NCBI GenBank assembly: GCA_963850305.1 | Contig: CAWKKR010000005.1 | Location: 32,001 to 96,000, forward strand | Direction: 5' to 3' | Origin: an uncultured delta proteobacterium | Lineage (GTDB): Bacteria; Myxococcota_A; Polyangia; Polyangiales; Polyangiaceae | DNA length: 64,000 nucleotides | Part shown: positions 11,982-22,799 of the stretch, piece by piece | Position numbering within the stretch: position 1 is the first letter of the stretch | Layout: each line of letters opens with the position of its first letter | Position numbers and translations under genes: made by a program | Notes under the pieces: generated by a model | Seen by the model: only the letters and a program-made list of their open reading frames with translations | Told to the model about the DNA's origin: nothing | Database searches by the model: none

Positions 11982-12912
11982 GCAGCGCCTCCGACGACGG
12001 CGCAGGAACACGTCCTCGAGCGTGACGTCCGCGTCGGTCGACGCCTGCTCGCGGGGACGCCGCGCGCGCGAGGCGTCGCGGCAACGCGCGCGCGTCCGGG
12101 CCGTCCTCGCGCGACGCGCACGTGGAGCGCGGCGCCGAACGGCTCGACGCCGAGACGCCGGGCAGCGACGCGCAGCGTCCTCGGCGGCGCACGCCGCGCA
12201 CCTCGAGCATGCGGCCGGGCACGAACGTCCGCTTGAGCGCGCCGGCGTGTCGAGCGCCGCGAGGCGGCCGGCGACCATCAGGCCGACGCGATCGCAGTAC
12301 TCGGCCTCGTCCATGTAGTGCGTGGTGACGAAGATGGTCGTGCCGCTCGCGGCGAGCCGGCGGATGAGCCGCCAGAACGTGCGCCGCGCGTCCGGGTCGA
12401 CGCCCGCGGTGGGCTCGTCGAGGAAGACGATCCGCGGCTCGATGCAGGATCGCGCACGCGAGCGCGAGGCGCTGGCGCAGGCCGCCCGGCAGCGAGCCCG
12501 TGATCTCGTCGCGCGAGCGCGCCGAGCTCGAGCGCGCGGACGACCTCGTCGCGGCGCGCGCGAGCCGCGCGCCGAGGAGGCCGTAGGCGCCGCCGAAGAA
12601 CGCGAGGTTCTCGCGCACCGATGAGATCGAGGTAGAGCGAGAAGCGCTGCGACATGTAGCCGATCGCGCGGCGCACCGCGCGCGGATGGCGGATGACGTC
12701 GATGCCCGGCGACGCTCGCGCCTCGCCCGCCGGAGGCGGCGAGCAGGCCGCAGAGGATGCGGATCGTCGTCGACTTGCCGGCGCCGTTCGCGCCGAGGTA
12801 GCCGAAGATCTCGCCGGCGCGCGACCTCGAAGGACACGTCGCGCACCGCAACGAACGTCGCCGAACGCGCGGCCGAGCCCGCGCACGGAGATGGCCGGAG
12901 CGTCGCGCTCAC
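11978..12912 (-). CDS. ABC transporter ATP-binding protein, frameshifted
   Basis: [43 protein letters not shown]. Confidence 0.87.
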
Positions 12913-13839
12913 GGCGCGCTCCGCGGCCTGGCGTCGCGCACGCGCGACGAGGAACAGATCCTCGAACGTCGCGGCCGCGGGCGAGGCCGTGCGCGCCGAG
13001 CGCCGCGAGCTCGGCGAGCACTCGCGTCCTCGCTGCCGCGGCGCACGACGACGCTGAAGATGCTCGCCGGCCGCGGTGAACGCGAGCACGTCGTCGTCGT
13101 GCGCGATGGCCGCCTCGAGCGCGGTCGCGATCGCCGTGGAGCGCGAAGACGGGGTGCGGGAACGCGGCGAGCAAGTCGTCGCGGCGCGCCTTCTTCGAGC
13201 AAGCGGCCCTGGTGCAGCAGGCCCGACGCGGTGGCAGCGCGCAGCCTCGTCCATGTACGGCGTCGCGATGACGATGGCCATGCCCTCGGCGAGGAACTCG
13301 CGGAGCAGGTCCCAGAACTCGCGCCGGCTCACCGGATCGACGCCGTTCGTCGGCTCGTCGAGCAAGAAGCACCTTCGGCTCGTGCAGCAGCGCGCACGCG
13401 AGGGCGAGCTTCTTGTACATGCCGCCCGAGAGCGCCTCGGCGCGGCGGGTCGCGAAGGCGGCGAGCCGCGTGATCGCGAGCAGGCGCTCGCGCGCGTGCG
13501 GAACGCCTCGCGGGCAGGCCGAACATCTCGCGAAAGAACGCGAGGTTCTCGGCGACGGTGAGGTCGCCGTAGAGGCTGTACTGCTGCGGCATGTAGCCGA
13601 GCGCCTCGCGCACGGCGGCGCTCGGCTCGAACGGGTCCGGCCCGACGAGCCGCACCTGACCGGCGTCCGGATCGAGCAGCCCCGCGAGGATCCGCAGCGC
13701 GGTCGTCTTGCCGGCGCCGTCGGGGCCGACCAGCCCGAAGATCTCGCCGGCGGCGACGCGCGAGCGAGAGCGTCCGACGAGCGCGCGGCGCGCCGAAGCT
13801 CTTGCGCAGCGCGATCGCCTCGATGCGCGCGGCGGTCAT
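12909..13839 (-). CDS. ABC transporter ATP-binding protein, frameshifted
   Basis: GPDGAGKTT, GYMPQQYSLYGDLTV, LSGGMYKKL, LDEPTNGVDP. Confidence 0.87.
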
Positions 13840-14880
13840 CGGCTCCCTCGATCGCGACTTCGACCGGCATCCCGGAGCGCAGCCGCATGTCCGGGTTCGG
13901 GATCCGGACCTCGACGGCGTAGACGAGCCGCTCGCGGTCCTCGCGCGTCTGGACGTTGCGCGGCGTGAACTCGGCGCGCGGCGAGACGTAGTAGATGGTC
14001 CCCTCGAACGACGTGCCCGGGATACGCGTCGGCGACAACGCGCACTTTGCGCCCGGGCGCCGCGGCGGCGAGCTCGGTCGTTCGGGAGATAGAAGCGCGT
14101 GCGCGCCTCGGTAAGGTCGGTGATCGTGAGGACGATGGTGCCGGGCTGGACGGCCTCGCCGGGCTCGTGGACGCGCGTCGCGACCATGCCCGCCGCGCGG
14201 CGCGAGCAGCGTGCATTCGCGGACCGCGAGCTCGGCGCGCGACACCGCCGCCGCAGCGACGTCCACGTTGTGCTCGGCGACGATCGTCTGCGCTTTCGCG
14301 GCAGTACCGGAGGTCCTCGCTGCTCCGGCCTGGTCGCGTGTCGCGGCCTCGGCTGCGTGCTGCGCCGCGATCTGGCTGACCAGCGTATCGTGTGTGCGCG
14401 GGCGGCGTCGAGCGCGGCGGGGGCCAACGCCCCGGTGCCTACCAGCCGCTCGGTGCGACCGAGCTCGATCTTCGCAAGCCGCTCCTGCGACTCGAGGACG
14501 GCAAGCTGCGACGTAGCCGCGGCGACGTCGCTCACTGCGGCGAGGGCAGAGCGCCCGACCGAAGTGGCGGTAGCGCGCGAAGCATCGACCGTCGCGCCCG
14601 CGGCGGCTAGCTCCGCGCGCGTCTGCGCGAGGGCGGCGTCCTGGTCAGTGCAGTCGAGCTCGACGACCGCTTGATCCCGCTTCACGACATCGCCCTCGCG
14701 CACGTCGACCTTGACGATGCGAGTGGCGAGCCGGCTCGTCACATCGACGTCGACGCCTTCAATCACACCACTCCCGCCGGGCGCGCTGTTCCCTGCGGAG
14801 CGCAATTGAATCACGCGGACCGCGAGTGCGACGATCAAGCCAGCCGCGAGCACCGCCAGGGAGATGAGGGCGCGCCTCAC
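13836..14880 (-). CDS. HlyD-family membrane fusion protein (YbhG-like), frameshifted
   Basis: N-terminal TM, VDVREGDVVK, and AEFTPRNVQTREDRERLVYAVEV...LRSGMPVEV in a second frame. Confidence 0.87.
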
Positions 14881-14939
14881 CGGCTACCTCCGTCACGGTA
14901 CCGAGACAGGCCAGCGTTCCGTACGTGACGCGGCAAACG

Positions 14940-15920
14940 TCAGCTCGCATCTCGTGGGTTCGTCGCGCTGGGGAGAGGGGCTGCGGCGGTTCCTTTGAGG
15001 CGTGCGACCAGCGACCGGAACTGGTCGGTCCCCCGGAGGCTGTTCAACACGCGCTCGGGCGTTCCCCAATCCGACCACCCACACGGCAGCAATGAGACAA
15101 CCCGCAGTCCCCGAGCTCGTTCCAGTACGTCGCGCGAGAAGTCCGCGGCAGGCATACTCTCATACAAGCGCGTGAGGGTCGCCTCTTCGGAGTTTTCACC
15201 GACGACCCGGCGGTACGACTCGAAGAGTTGCGTCTGTACGGGAAGATGCTTTCGAGCCAGGGACCAGAAGACCTCTGCCGCTCCCGCCATGATGAAGGTG
15301 TTCCAAAGCGCGTGCTGGCGAAGCAGGATGTCGGCGACCTCTGGCGACGGTTTCTCGCAAAAGCGTGAAATGACGTCGGCGCCGGTCTTCTTAGCGGTGA
15401 TGATCCAACCGTATTGTGTCTCCGCTCTGTCCGGTACGGCGCCGACCAACGCGATGGAGCCCCGACGACGGGCAGTCGCTTCCGCCCGCAGCACGGAGTC
15501 TACCAACGGCTCTACGTCCCGCACGTAGTGGTCCGAAGGGACGACCACGACGCTTGCGCCTGGGTCCCGCGCCATGACTCGCGATAGCGGAAGCAGAATA
15601 CCCGGACCCGTTCCGAGATTGCGCGGTTGGGCCACGATGTCGACCGGCCCCTCGTCTACGAGCTGCTTGCGAGCGAGGTATTCTCGGTTCGCCGCGACGA
15701 CGACGATCGTCCGTTCGGGAGGACACCATCGCCGGGTGCGGTCCAACGTCGTCTGCAGCAGCGAGCGGCGGGGCTGGATCGCGGCGAACTGCTTCGGCAG
15801 ATCCTCGCCGTGCAAGGCCCGCGTAAGAGGGTGCAAGCGCCTACCATCACCGCCCGCAAGCACGATCGTCCACCGGGCATTTGCAGATGAGCTCACTTTG
15901 CTTTCCCTGAGGCTGCTCAT
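14940..15920 (-). CDS. sugar-phosphate nucleotidyltransferase, paralog 2
   Basis: LAGGDGRRL...PKQF, VPSDHYV, FCEKP, GWSDWGTPERV; collinear with 7754-8818. Confidence 0.88.
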   Translation of the reverse strand: MSSLRESKVSSSANARWTIVLAGGDGRRLHPLTRALHGEDLPKQFAAIQPRRSLLQTTLDRTRRWCPPERTIVVVAANREYLARKQLVDEGPVDIVAQPRNLGTGPGILLPLSRVMARDPGASVVVVPSDHYVRDVEPLVDSVLRAEATARRRGSIALVGAVPDRAETQYGWIITAKKTGADVISRFCEKPSPEVADILLRQHALWNTFIMAGAAEVFWSLARKHLPVQTQLFESYRRVVGENSEEATLTRLYESMPAADFSRDVLERARGLRVVSLLPCGWSDWGTPERVLNSLRGTDQFRSLVARLKGTAAAPLPSATNPRDAS

Positions 15921-15943
15921 GCTCCGTTCACCTCGCGGTCAAT

Positions 15944-15959
15944 TGCAAAGCCCGGTCCA
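15944..15959 (-). promoter_or_regulatory. sigma54 -24/-12 promoter
   Basis: TGGACCGGGCTTTGCA upstream of the ATG at 15920. Confidence 0.6.
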
Positions 15960-16488
15960 TTGTGACTTCGATACCGGTGCAGCCTCGGGAAGCACTTCCG
16001 GACCGAGATAGCTCCGTCGCCACCGCGTCGCGGATGCTCCTCTGATTTCCCTCAGCTATCCCCTCATGTCTTCGTGAGCGCTCGCAAAACCACTCGAATC
16101 ACGCTGAATCGTGACGTTCGAGCGCCTCGCGAGCGCCTCGTCGGTAAGAATGCTGATCCGGTGGAAATTCAGCTGGATCGAGTGCTCGGCTCGAAATATG
16201 AGGGGATCCCTGAGCTGATTTCCGTCGTCACGCCCGCTGCGAGCGACAAGTGGCTGGGGCTCACGGTACGCTACGTGGCCGCCTCGCGCACCGGAAGGTA
16301 CACAAAAGCTCGCCTGTTCCATTTAGGGCCGCGAATGCCTTCGCGACGACCACCGGGCACATCTCGTTCGCCTCGGCTCGCGCGCGCCCTGGGCGAGCTT
16401 TCGGCAGAACCCGCGTGGAGGCGCAGAACCTGCGCGTCCCGCGCTGCTGAGCCCGGCTCCCAGCAGTGCGGTGGCCCGCGTTCCGCAG

Positions 16489-16504
16489 TGGCACGAGAGA
16501 TGCT
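16489..16504 (+). promoter_or_regulatory. sigma54 -24/-12 promoter
   Basis: TGGCACGAGAGATGCT; shares CGCAGTGGCACG with the 9280 promoter. Confidence 0.7.
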
Positions 16505-16532
16505 CAAAGACCTCCCAGCGAGGGTATCGACA

Positions 16533-16916
16533 ATGAAGACCAAACAACTCAAGACGAGCAAGGCCCAAAGGGACTCGGCACGCCGGCACCGCCACGAGGC
16601 GGAGGCAGGTGCGGCCGCCGCGATCGCAGGTGCTGCCATGGGCTCGATGGCCGGCCCACCGGGCACGGTGGCCGGGGCAGTGATCGGCGGCGTGGTCGGG
16701 GTATTGGCATCCGGTGCCGCCGAGTCGAACGCGATCGAGCTCGCCGCAAAGAACCGGCGCCTGGATCGAGAGCTCGGCATCAGCGAAGGCGATATCGGCG
16801 CGCCGAATCTGAAACACCCCCCAGCAAAGATTGGCGCGTACTCGGCGGCATCGAGCGGCGGGGGCTCCTCATCGGACTCGGAGCCCGCAGAAGGACCTAT
16901 GCAGTCCCCCGAGTGA
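16533..16916 (+). CDS. glycine-zipper membrane protein, hypothetical
   Basis: 127 aa; GAAAAIAGAAMGSMAGPPGTVAGAVIGGVVG GxxxG repeats. Confidence 0.7.
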   Translation: MKTKQLKTSKAQRDSARRHRHEAEAGAAAAIAGAAMGSMAGPPGTVAGAVIGGVVGVLASGAAESNAIELAAKNRRLDRELGISEGDIGAPNLKHPPAKIGAYSAASSGGGSSSDSEPAEGPMQSPE

Positions 16917-17298
16917 TCCATCTGTGGAAGGGCAAGCCAATCTGGTGGTTCCACGCGAGCTGGTCCGACGGCGTCAGCTCCTCACACATCCGGCCGGCCG
17001 CCCGCGCGTCTGGGAGCGCGTGCTCATCGTCGATCGCTCTCTGGCGTCGGCGCTCGAGTTCAGGCGAGCCTTGATCCAGGCAGTCATCGCAACGACAGCC
17101 GCGCAGACGTGTCCCGCTCGACGAGCGGTTCCACCGAGCAGTTCTCTCCTATGACCTCGTGGGCGGCAACGGTGTCGTGTTGGCAGCGGAGCTCCTGCTC
17201 GCCGGTCGCGTGGGCCAGGTCGAATTCGTCATTCCTGACGCCGTCGAGGCAGGCGTTCCGGGTGCCGCGTCGCCTGGGGGGCGGTCGGCTGGTGGCCC

Positions 17299-17314
17299 TG
17301 GTACCGCGAATGCT
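17299..17314 (+). promoter_or_regulatory. sigma54 -24/-12 promoter
   Basis: TGGTACCGCGAATGCT upstream of the USP gene. Confidence 0.6.
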
Positions 17315-17369
17315 TTAGAACACACCGAGAGTGAGCAAAGCTAAAACCTTCTAGATTGGAGAAACCCCT

Positions 17370-18032
17370 ATGTCAGCAGCCAGAGCGCCCTACCTAGTAG
17401 TTGTCGGCATCGATTACTCACCAGCATCCGAGCTCGCTCTCGAACGCGCGTTCGAACTCGCCGAGCGCCAGCCGAACGCACAGATGCACGTCATTCTGGT
17501 TGGAGCGGGTAGCGAAGATGAGGTCCAGGTCGGCGAGGGCGATACTGGCGAAAAACTGTCCGCCGATCTGACCGCGAAGAAACTCCGGCAGTACGTCGAG
17601 GAGGAACTGAAGAGACTGCAGTCCAAGCCCTCTGAAAACATCGAGCACGTCGTGACGCACCTCGGGATTGGAGATCCAGCCACGCAAATCACGGAGCTCG
17701 CGGCGGAGCTTCAAGCGGACCTCCTGGTCGTCGGAACCCACGGGCGCGGGGGCCTTCGAAAACTGGTGCTCGGTTCGGTCGCGGACAAGGTCGTCCGTAT
17801 GGCTCACGCTCCCGTCTTGATCGTCCGCCCGAAGGACTACTCTGACGAGCCGTCCGTTCCCAAGATCGAGGCGTCTTGTTCGCGTTGCGCCGAGGTGCGA
17901 GCGCGAACCGCGGGAAAAGAGCTGTGGTGCGAGCAGCACTCCGAGGTTCACGGCAGGCGACACTCGTACCATTTCGCCCGAACCCGCGGTGCGCACAATT
18001 CCGGCTTTCTCATTGGACAATTCAAGCCGTGA
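17370..18032 (+). CDS. universal stress protein with Cys/His-containing C-terminal extension
   Basis: VVVGIDYSPASELAL, DLLVVGTHGRGGL...LGSVADKVVR; tail CSRC...WCEQH. Confidence 0.9.
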   Translation: MSAARAPYLVVVGIDYSPASELALERAFELAERQPNAQMHVILVGAGSEDEVQVGEGDTGEKLSADLTAKKLRQYVEEELKRLQSKPSENIEHVVTHLGIGDPATQITELAAELQADLLVVGTHGRGGLRKLVLGSVADKVVRMAHAPVLIVRPKDYSDEPSVPKIEASCSRCAEVRARTAGKELWCEQHSEVHGRRHSYHFARTRGAHNSGFLIGQFKP

Positions 18033-18208
18033 GCCGGGGGTCTACCCATCGCCAGAACCTCTTGCTCGCCCGCCCATCAAGTCCGGTTGCCGGCCGGGGC
18101 GGGGGAGAGGCGCATGACCGCAGCCTCGAGGGGCGCCCGTGGCGCCCCCTTGCAGCCTTGCCCGGGCGAGCACCGGAGCGGTGCGTGGTCGCTCAAGATG
18201 CCGGGGAT

Positions 18209-18240
18209 GGGGTTTACCTGGGTTTACCTGGGGTTTACCT
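18209..18240. repeat. three tandem copies of GGGTTTACCT
   Basis: GGGGTTTACCT GGGTTTACCT GGGGTTTACCT, overlapping the stop codon of the metal permease. Confidence 0.8.
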
Positions 18241-19026
18241 CGTAGCGCTCCTGCCTTCTTCGCCGCGGCGCCAACACAGACTCAGAATGAAACACGCGCT
18301 CGCGACGAGCACCACGAGCGGACCGGGCGAACGATGAAGGACGCTTGCTACGCAGGTGCCGGTCGTCGTTGCGACGACCGAGACCACCACCGCGATGACG
18401 AACATTCCGTCGAGGCTGAGTGCCAGACGCTTCGCGGTGGCCGCAGGGATGATCGCGAGCGAGCCGATGAGTAGCACGCCGAGGTACCGGAGCCCGAGGG
18501 CGATCGTCAGCGCGAAGACGAGCAGAAACGCGAGATTCAAGCGCGACACGTCGATGCCGCAGGTCGGAGCGATCTCCGGCGACACGAGCGTCAATACGAG
18601 CCGATGCTTGGCGCGCATCACGAAGCTCACGACGCCGACGACCACGGCGAGTCCGATCGCAGTCTCGACGCTCGTGAGCTGGCCAGTGCCCCCGAAGAGA
18701 GCCTCGATCAGCTCGTCTCCGGTCGTGAGAAGGCTGCCGACCGCGAGCGCGGTGGAGAACACGACGCCGATGACCGTTTCGGTCGCGAGGCGCGTCTTGC
18801 GCTCGACCCCCCAGACGAGCAACGCCCCGAGGAGGAGGGCGGTGAGGCCACCGATCACCGGTTGGATCCGTAGGAGCAGCGCGACCCCGATGCCTGGCAG
18901 GGCGATATGCGAGAGAGCGTCGGCCGCAAGGGTCATCCGGCGCATGACCGCGAAGCAACCGAGGAGACCCGCTGCGACGCCCGTGCCGATCGCGAGAGCC
19001 AGGGCGCCAAGCTCAGGGGCGGTCAT
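18235..19026 (-). CDS. metal (Zn/Mn/Fe) ABC permease, ZnuB-like
   Basis: RRMTLAADALSHIALPG, GVLLIGSLAIIPAATA; polytopic membrane protein. Confidence 0.9.
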   Translation of the reverse strand: MTAPELGALALAIGTGVAAGLLGCFAVMRRMTLAADALSHIALPGIGVALLLRIQPVIGGLTALLLGALLVWGVERKTRLATETVIGVVFSTALAVGSLLTTGDELIEALFGGTGQLTSVETAIGLAVVVGVVSFVMRAKHRLVLTLVSPEIAPTCGIDVSRLNLAFLLVFALTIALGLRYLGVLLIGSLAIIPAATAKRLALSLDGMFVIAVVVSVVATTTGTCVASVLHRSPGPLVVLVASACFILSLCWRRGEEGRSATR

Positions 19027-19724
19027 GAAGGTGGTACCCGATGGGCGTGCCGTAGAGTTCTTCGAGCATCGCCGGCGTGAGGATTGTCCTGGGGGCCCCG
19101 AAACAGGCGGTTCCACGCCCGAGGCAGAGGACCCTGAAGGCGTACCGGTAGACGACGCTCAAGTCGTGCGAGATCGAGATGACCGTGAGCCCCTGCTCGT
19201 GCTGCAGCCTCTCGATTGTCGCGTTCATCGTCTCCGTTCCCGGTTCATCCACACCCGCTGTCGGTTCGTCCAATAGGAGCACCGTGGGCTCGCCGACGAG
19301 TGCCACGGCGACGAGCAGGCGTTGGAATTGTCCACCGGAGAGCGTCCCGATGGGCATTGCTGCACGTGGGTGCCGAGGCGTACGAGATCGAGCGCACGTG
19401 ACGCGTCACGCTCGTCGCCCGAGTCACCGCCACTTTCGCGCGAAGGAAGTCGTCGCCCGTCACCGGCAGATCGCGCTCGATGTCGAGTTTCTGCGGCACG
19501 TAGCCGACGCGCGTTCCCGGCGCCCAGCGAATGCTCCCTTCGTGCTGGATCGCGCCGATGAGCGCCCGGAAGAGCACCGTCTTGCCCGAGCCGTTGGGGC
19601 CGATGATCGCGAGGAAGCTTCCGCGCGGGACGTCGAACGAGAGCGCGTCGAGTACTTTCGTTCGGCCGAAGCGCACCGACAGACGGTCGACGTGCAGAGC
19701 GTTCGGAACGGTCGCACTCTCCAT
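19013..19724 (-). CDS. metal ABC ATP-binding protein, ZnuC-like (frameshift near 19390)
   Basis: GPNGSGKT and GYVPQK, then [23 protein letters not shown] in a second frame. Confidence 0.87.
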
Positions 19725-19734
19725 GCGGCCCGAC

Positions 19735-20322
19735 TTATACGCGATCGCGGCGGTCCGTCGCGAGCAACAGGTAGCTGTAAGCGCCGATCGTTTCCTGCTG
19801 TTCGACGCTCCAGCCCGCGTCATGCAAGGCCTCAGCGGTTGTGGCCACGGGCACCCGGTGCGAAAGCGGTGGCCCCGGCGGCTGCTCTACGTCCGTTCTC
19901 CAGTCGACGATTGCAAGGCGACCTCCGGGGCGGAGGATTCGCCTCGCCTCGACGAGCGTGGCCGCCGGCTCGTCGAGCTCGTGCCACACGTTCGCTAGCA
20001 GCTCCAGGTCCACACTGGCGTCGAGCAGCATCGTATGGTTCGCCGCGGCGTTTACCAAGGTGATTGGCAGGTCCGCAACTCTGGCTCTGAGGATCTCGAG
20101 CATTTCGGGCTGCAGATCGATCGCAAAAACGCGGCCACCAGGCAGGACGGCAGCGGCCATCCGCAGCGCGAAATATCCTGTCCCGGCACCCACGTCAGCG
20201 ACTGTCATCCCAGGGCGAAGCGCGAGGCGTTCGACCACGCCGGCCGCGGGCAACCATCGCTGGCGTTCGGGACCATCGAGCCGGTCTGCATGCTCGTGTC
20301 GAAATATGCGTTCGTGGGGCAT
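19735..20322 (-). CDS. class I SAM-dependent methyltransferase
   Basis: VADVGAGTGYF, LRPGGRLAIVDW; TAATG coupling to dps. Confidence 0.88.
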   Translation of the reverse strand: MPHERIFRHEHADRLDGPERQRWLPAAGVVERLALRPGMTVADVGAGTGYFALRMAAAVLPGGRVFAIDLQPEMLEILRARVADLPITLVNAAANHTMLLDASVDLELLANVWHELDEPAATLVEARRILRPGGRLAIVDWRTDVEQPPGPPLSHRVPVATTAEALHDAGWSVEQQETIGAYSYLLLATDRRDRV

Positions 20323-20801
20323 TACTCGAGCAGGCTGCGCAGCATCCACGCGGTCTTCTCGTGCACCTGCATGCGCTGCGTGAGCAGATCGCACGTCGGC
20401 TGGTCGCTGGCGCCCTCCGCCGCCTTGAACACCTCGCGTGCCGTGCGCGCCACCGTCTCGTGGCCGTCGACGAGCCGGCGGATCATGTCCTCGGCCTTCG
20501 GCACGCCGTCTTCTTCCTTGATCGCGGACAGCTCGACGAACTGCTTGTACGTGCCGGGCGCCGTGAACCCGAGCGCGCGGATGCGCTCGGCGACGAGATC
20601 GACCGCGAGGGCGAGCTCGTTGTACTGCGTCTCGAACATGAGATGCAGGGTCTGGAACATCGGCCCCGTGACGTTCCAGTGGAAGTTGTGCGTCTTGAGG
20701 TAGAGCGTGTAGGTGTCCGCTAGGACACGAGACAACCCTCCCGCGAGCTCTTCTCGCTTGTTAGCGTCGATGCCGATGTCGATCTTCATCTTGTGATCCA
20801 T
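20322..20801 (-). CDS. dps: Dps ferritin-like DNA protection protein
   Basis: [34 protein letters not shown]. Confidence 0.96.
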   Translation of the reverse strand: MDHKMKIDIGIDANKREELAGGLSRVLADTYTLYLKTHNFHWNVTGPMFQTLHLMFETQYNELALAVDLVAERIRALGFTAPGTYKQFVELSAIKEEDGVPKAEDMIRRLVDGHETVARTAREVFKAAEGASDQPTCDLLTQRMQVHEKTAWMLRSLLE

Positions 20802-20878
20802 GGGTTCACCTCAGTGTTGACAGAGGACAGCTCGCCGCCGGTCCTGGTGGTCGTCTTCTCACTCCTCGTTCGTGATGT

Positions 20879-21331
20879 TCATGGGCGCCCTTCGACATGA
20901 ACCACGACATCGATGCCGTGCCGCACACTCTGCGTGACCATGCAGAAGTCCTCGAACGTGCCGATGCAGGCTGCGAGCGCGGGATCGTCGGGGGCGACGT
21001 CCATGTGAAGCGTGACGTGCACCTCGCCGATACGAAGACGCCGGGCCTCGTTGCGGACGATCTCCATCGCGACGTCGGCGCTCACACCGCTTGCCGCTTG
21101 GTTCGCCTTCTTCACACAAAAGACAAGGCTCGCGGAGAGACGGTTCCCGATTGCCGCAGCAAGCAGACGCGCCGCGTTGGGAGCCGTGTCGCGACCGAGG
21201 GGTGGAGGCTCGTCCAGCAGGAGAGGAGCGAACTGCTCCTTGTCGAACTTCACTCGGAACTCGAACCCATCGACCTGTTCCAGGTGCACAGAGAACCGGC
21301 TCGCGAAGGTGTTCACGGATTGAACCGACAT
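20879..21331 (-). CDS. OsmC-family protein
   Basis: DEPPPLG...PNAARLLAAAIGN(R)LSASL, FEDFCMVTQSVRHGI. Confidence 0.82.
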   Translation of the reverse strand: MSVQSVNTFASRFSVHLEQVDGFEFRVKFDKEQFAPLLLDEPPPLGRDTAPNAARLLAAAIGNRLSASLVFCVKKANQAASGVSADVAMEIVRNEARRLRIGEVHVTLHMDVAPDDPALAACIGTFEDFCMVTQSVRHGIDVVVHVEGRP

Positions 21332-21356
21332 GCGCGTATTCCTAGTCTAAGTCTAG

Positions 21357-22799
21357 CACTACTGCCACAAACTTTTCCATCGGCCCACATTCGTGAGATC
21401 CACGGGGCATGGCCCAAAAGACCTCGGAAATCGGGACGGCGTACCGCCTCGAGCAGTTCTTCGACGGCATCGGCAAGCACCTGAAGGATTGGCGCAAGAA
21501 GGAGTCGTTCGCGATGTACGCGCTCGGGATCCTCGGCGACGGTGAGCGCAAGAGCGCCGAGCCCATCGCCGCGCGCGCCTGCGGCGACGAGAGCCGCACG
21601 GCCGCCGTGCACCAGAAGCTCCTCTACTTCCTGGCGTGCAGCCGCTGGGACGATCGCGCGGTCCGAGTGGACGCCGCTCACTACGCGATCGACGCCGTGC
21701 AGGAGCGTGGGCCGATCACGACATGGATCATCGACGACACCGGATTTCTCAAGCAGGGCGAGCACTCCGTCGGCGTGCAGCGGCAATACACCGGTTCCGC
21801 AGGCAAGATCACCAACTGCCAGATTGGCGTGAGCCTCGCGGTGGCGAGCACACCGAGCAGATTGCCCGTCGACTTCGAGCTGTACCTTCCGGAGTCGTGG
21901 ACGGAGGACCATGCGCGACGACGCGAAGCTCGCATCCCCGATGACGTTCCGTTCAAGACCAAGATCGAGCTCGCGCTCGACATGATCCGGCGCGCGAAGG
22001 AGCAGGGCATCCCCGGCGACATCATGCTGGCCGACAGCGCGTACGGCGACAGCACTCACTTTCGGAACAGCGTTCGCGAGCTCGGCTTCGACTTCGCCGT
22101 GGGCGTGCACCACACGCTCGGCGTCCTCCGCCTCGATCGCAATGACCGCGTCAACACGCAAGCCGCAGTCGGTTGGCGAGGTCGTCGCGGCGCTGCCGAA
22201 AAAGGCCTTCCGCAAGGTCACGTGGCGCGACGGCACCAAAGGCAAGCTCAGTGGTCGATTCTGCTTCGTGCGCGTGCACACCACGCACGATGACGGCATC
22301 GCTCTCTCGCTGCGCGAGCCGCTCTGGCTCGTCGCCGAGTGGCCCGAAGGCGACGAGAAATCCAGCAAGCACGTGCTCACCACGCTCCCGCGACGCATGA
22401 GCAAGAAGGAGATCGTCCGGCTCCTCAAGGAACGCTGGCGCACCGAGAGGATGTACGAGGACCTCAAGGGCGAGCTCGGGCTCGACCACTTCGAGGGTCG
22501 CTCGTTCCCCGGCTGGCACCACCATGTCTCCGTCGTCCTCTGCCTGTTACGCCTTCGTGGTCGCTGAACGCGCCCGCGGCTTTCCCCCCTCGGCCTCCGG
22601 GGCGCGTCGCCACCGTGCGCTCTCGGTCGCGGCCTGAACGCCACTTCGCCGACTCGTTCATCACCGTCCGCCTCGCGATCGCCCTCTACCTCGCCCGCTG
22701 GCTCCCGCGCTGCCCGCTCTGCCATCACCCCCATGCACCGTCACGCTGCTCGATCGAACGCTTCACACGACTCTGCTGAAAGAGTCCGTGGCAGTAGTG
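21357..22799 (+). mobile_element. IS701-family-like insertion sequence
   Basis: Terminal inverted repeats CACTACTGCCAC (21357) and GTGGCAGTAGTG (ends 22799), 19/23 matches when extended; flanked by CTAG at 21353-21356 and 22800-22803. Confidence 0.9.
21409..22779 (+). CDS. IS701-family DDE transposase (frameshifts near 22160 and 22545)
   Basis: IIDDTGFLKQG..SVGVQRQYTGSAGKITNCQ, LADSAYG, RWRTERMYEDLKGELGLDHFEGRSFPGWHHH. Confidence 0.9.

Noticed and set aside
11107..14880. 1257 aa ORF apparently fusing HlyD, ATPase and permease
   Set aside because: It moves in and out of the true frames of four frameshifted genes, each with its own overlapping start and stop.
16074..16532. N-terminal extension of the glycine-zipper ORF
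   Set aside because: A sigma54-type promoter lies inside it, favouring the ATG at 16533.
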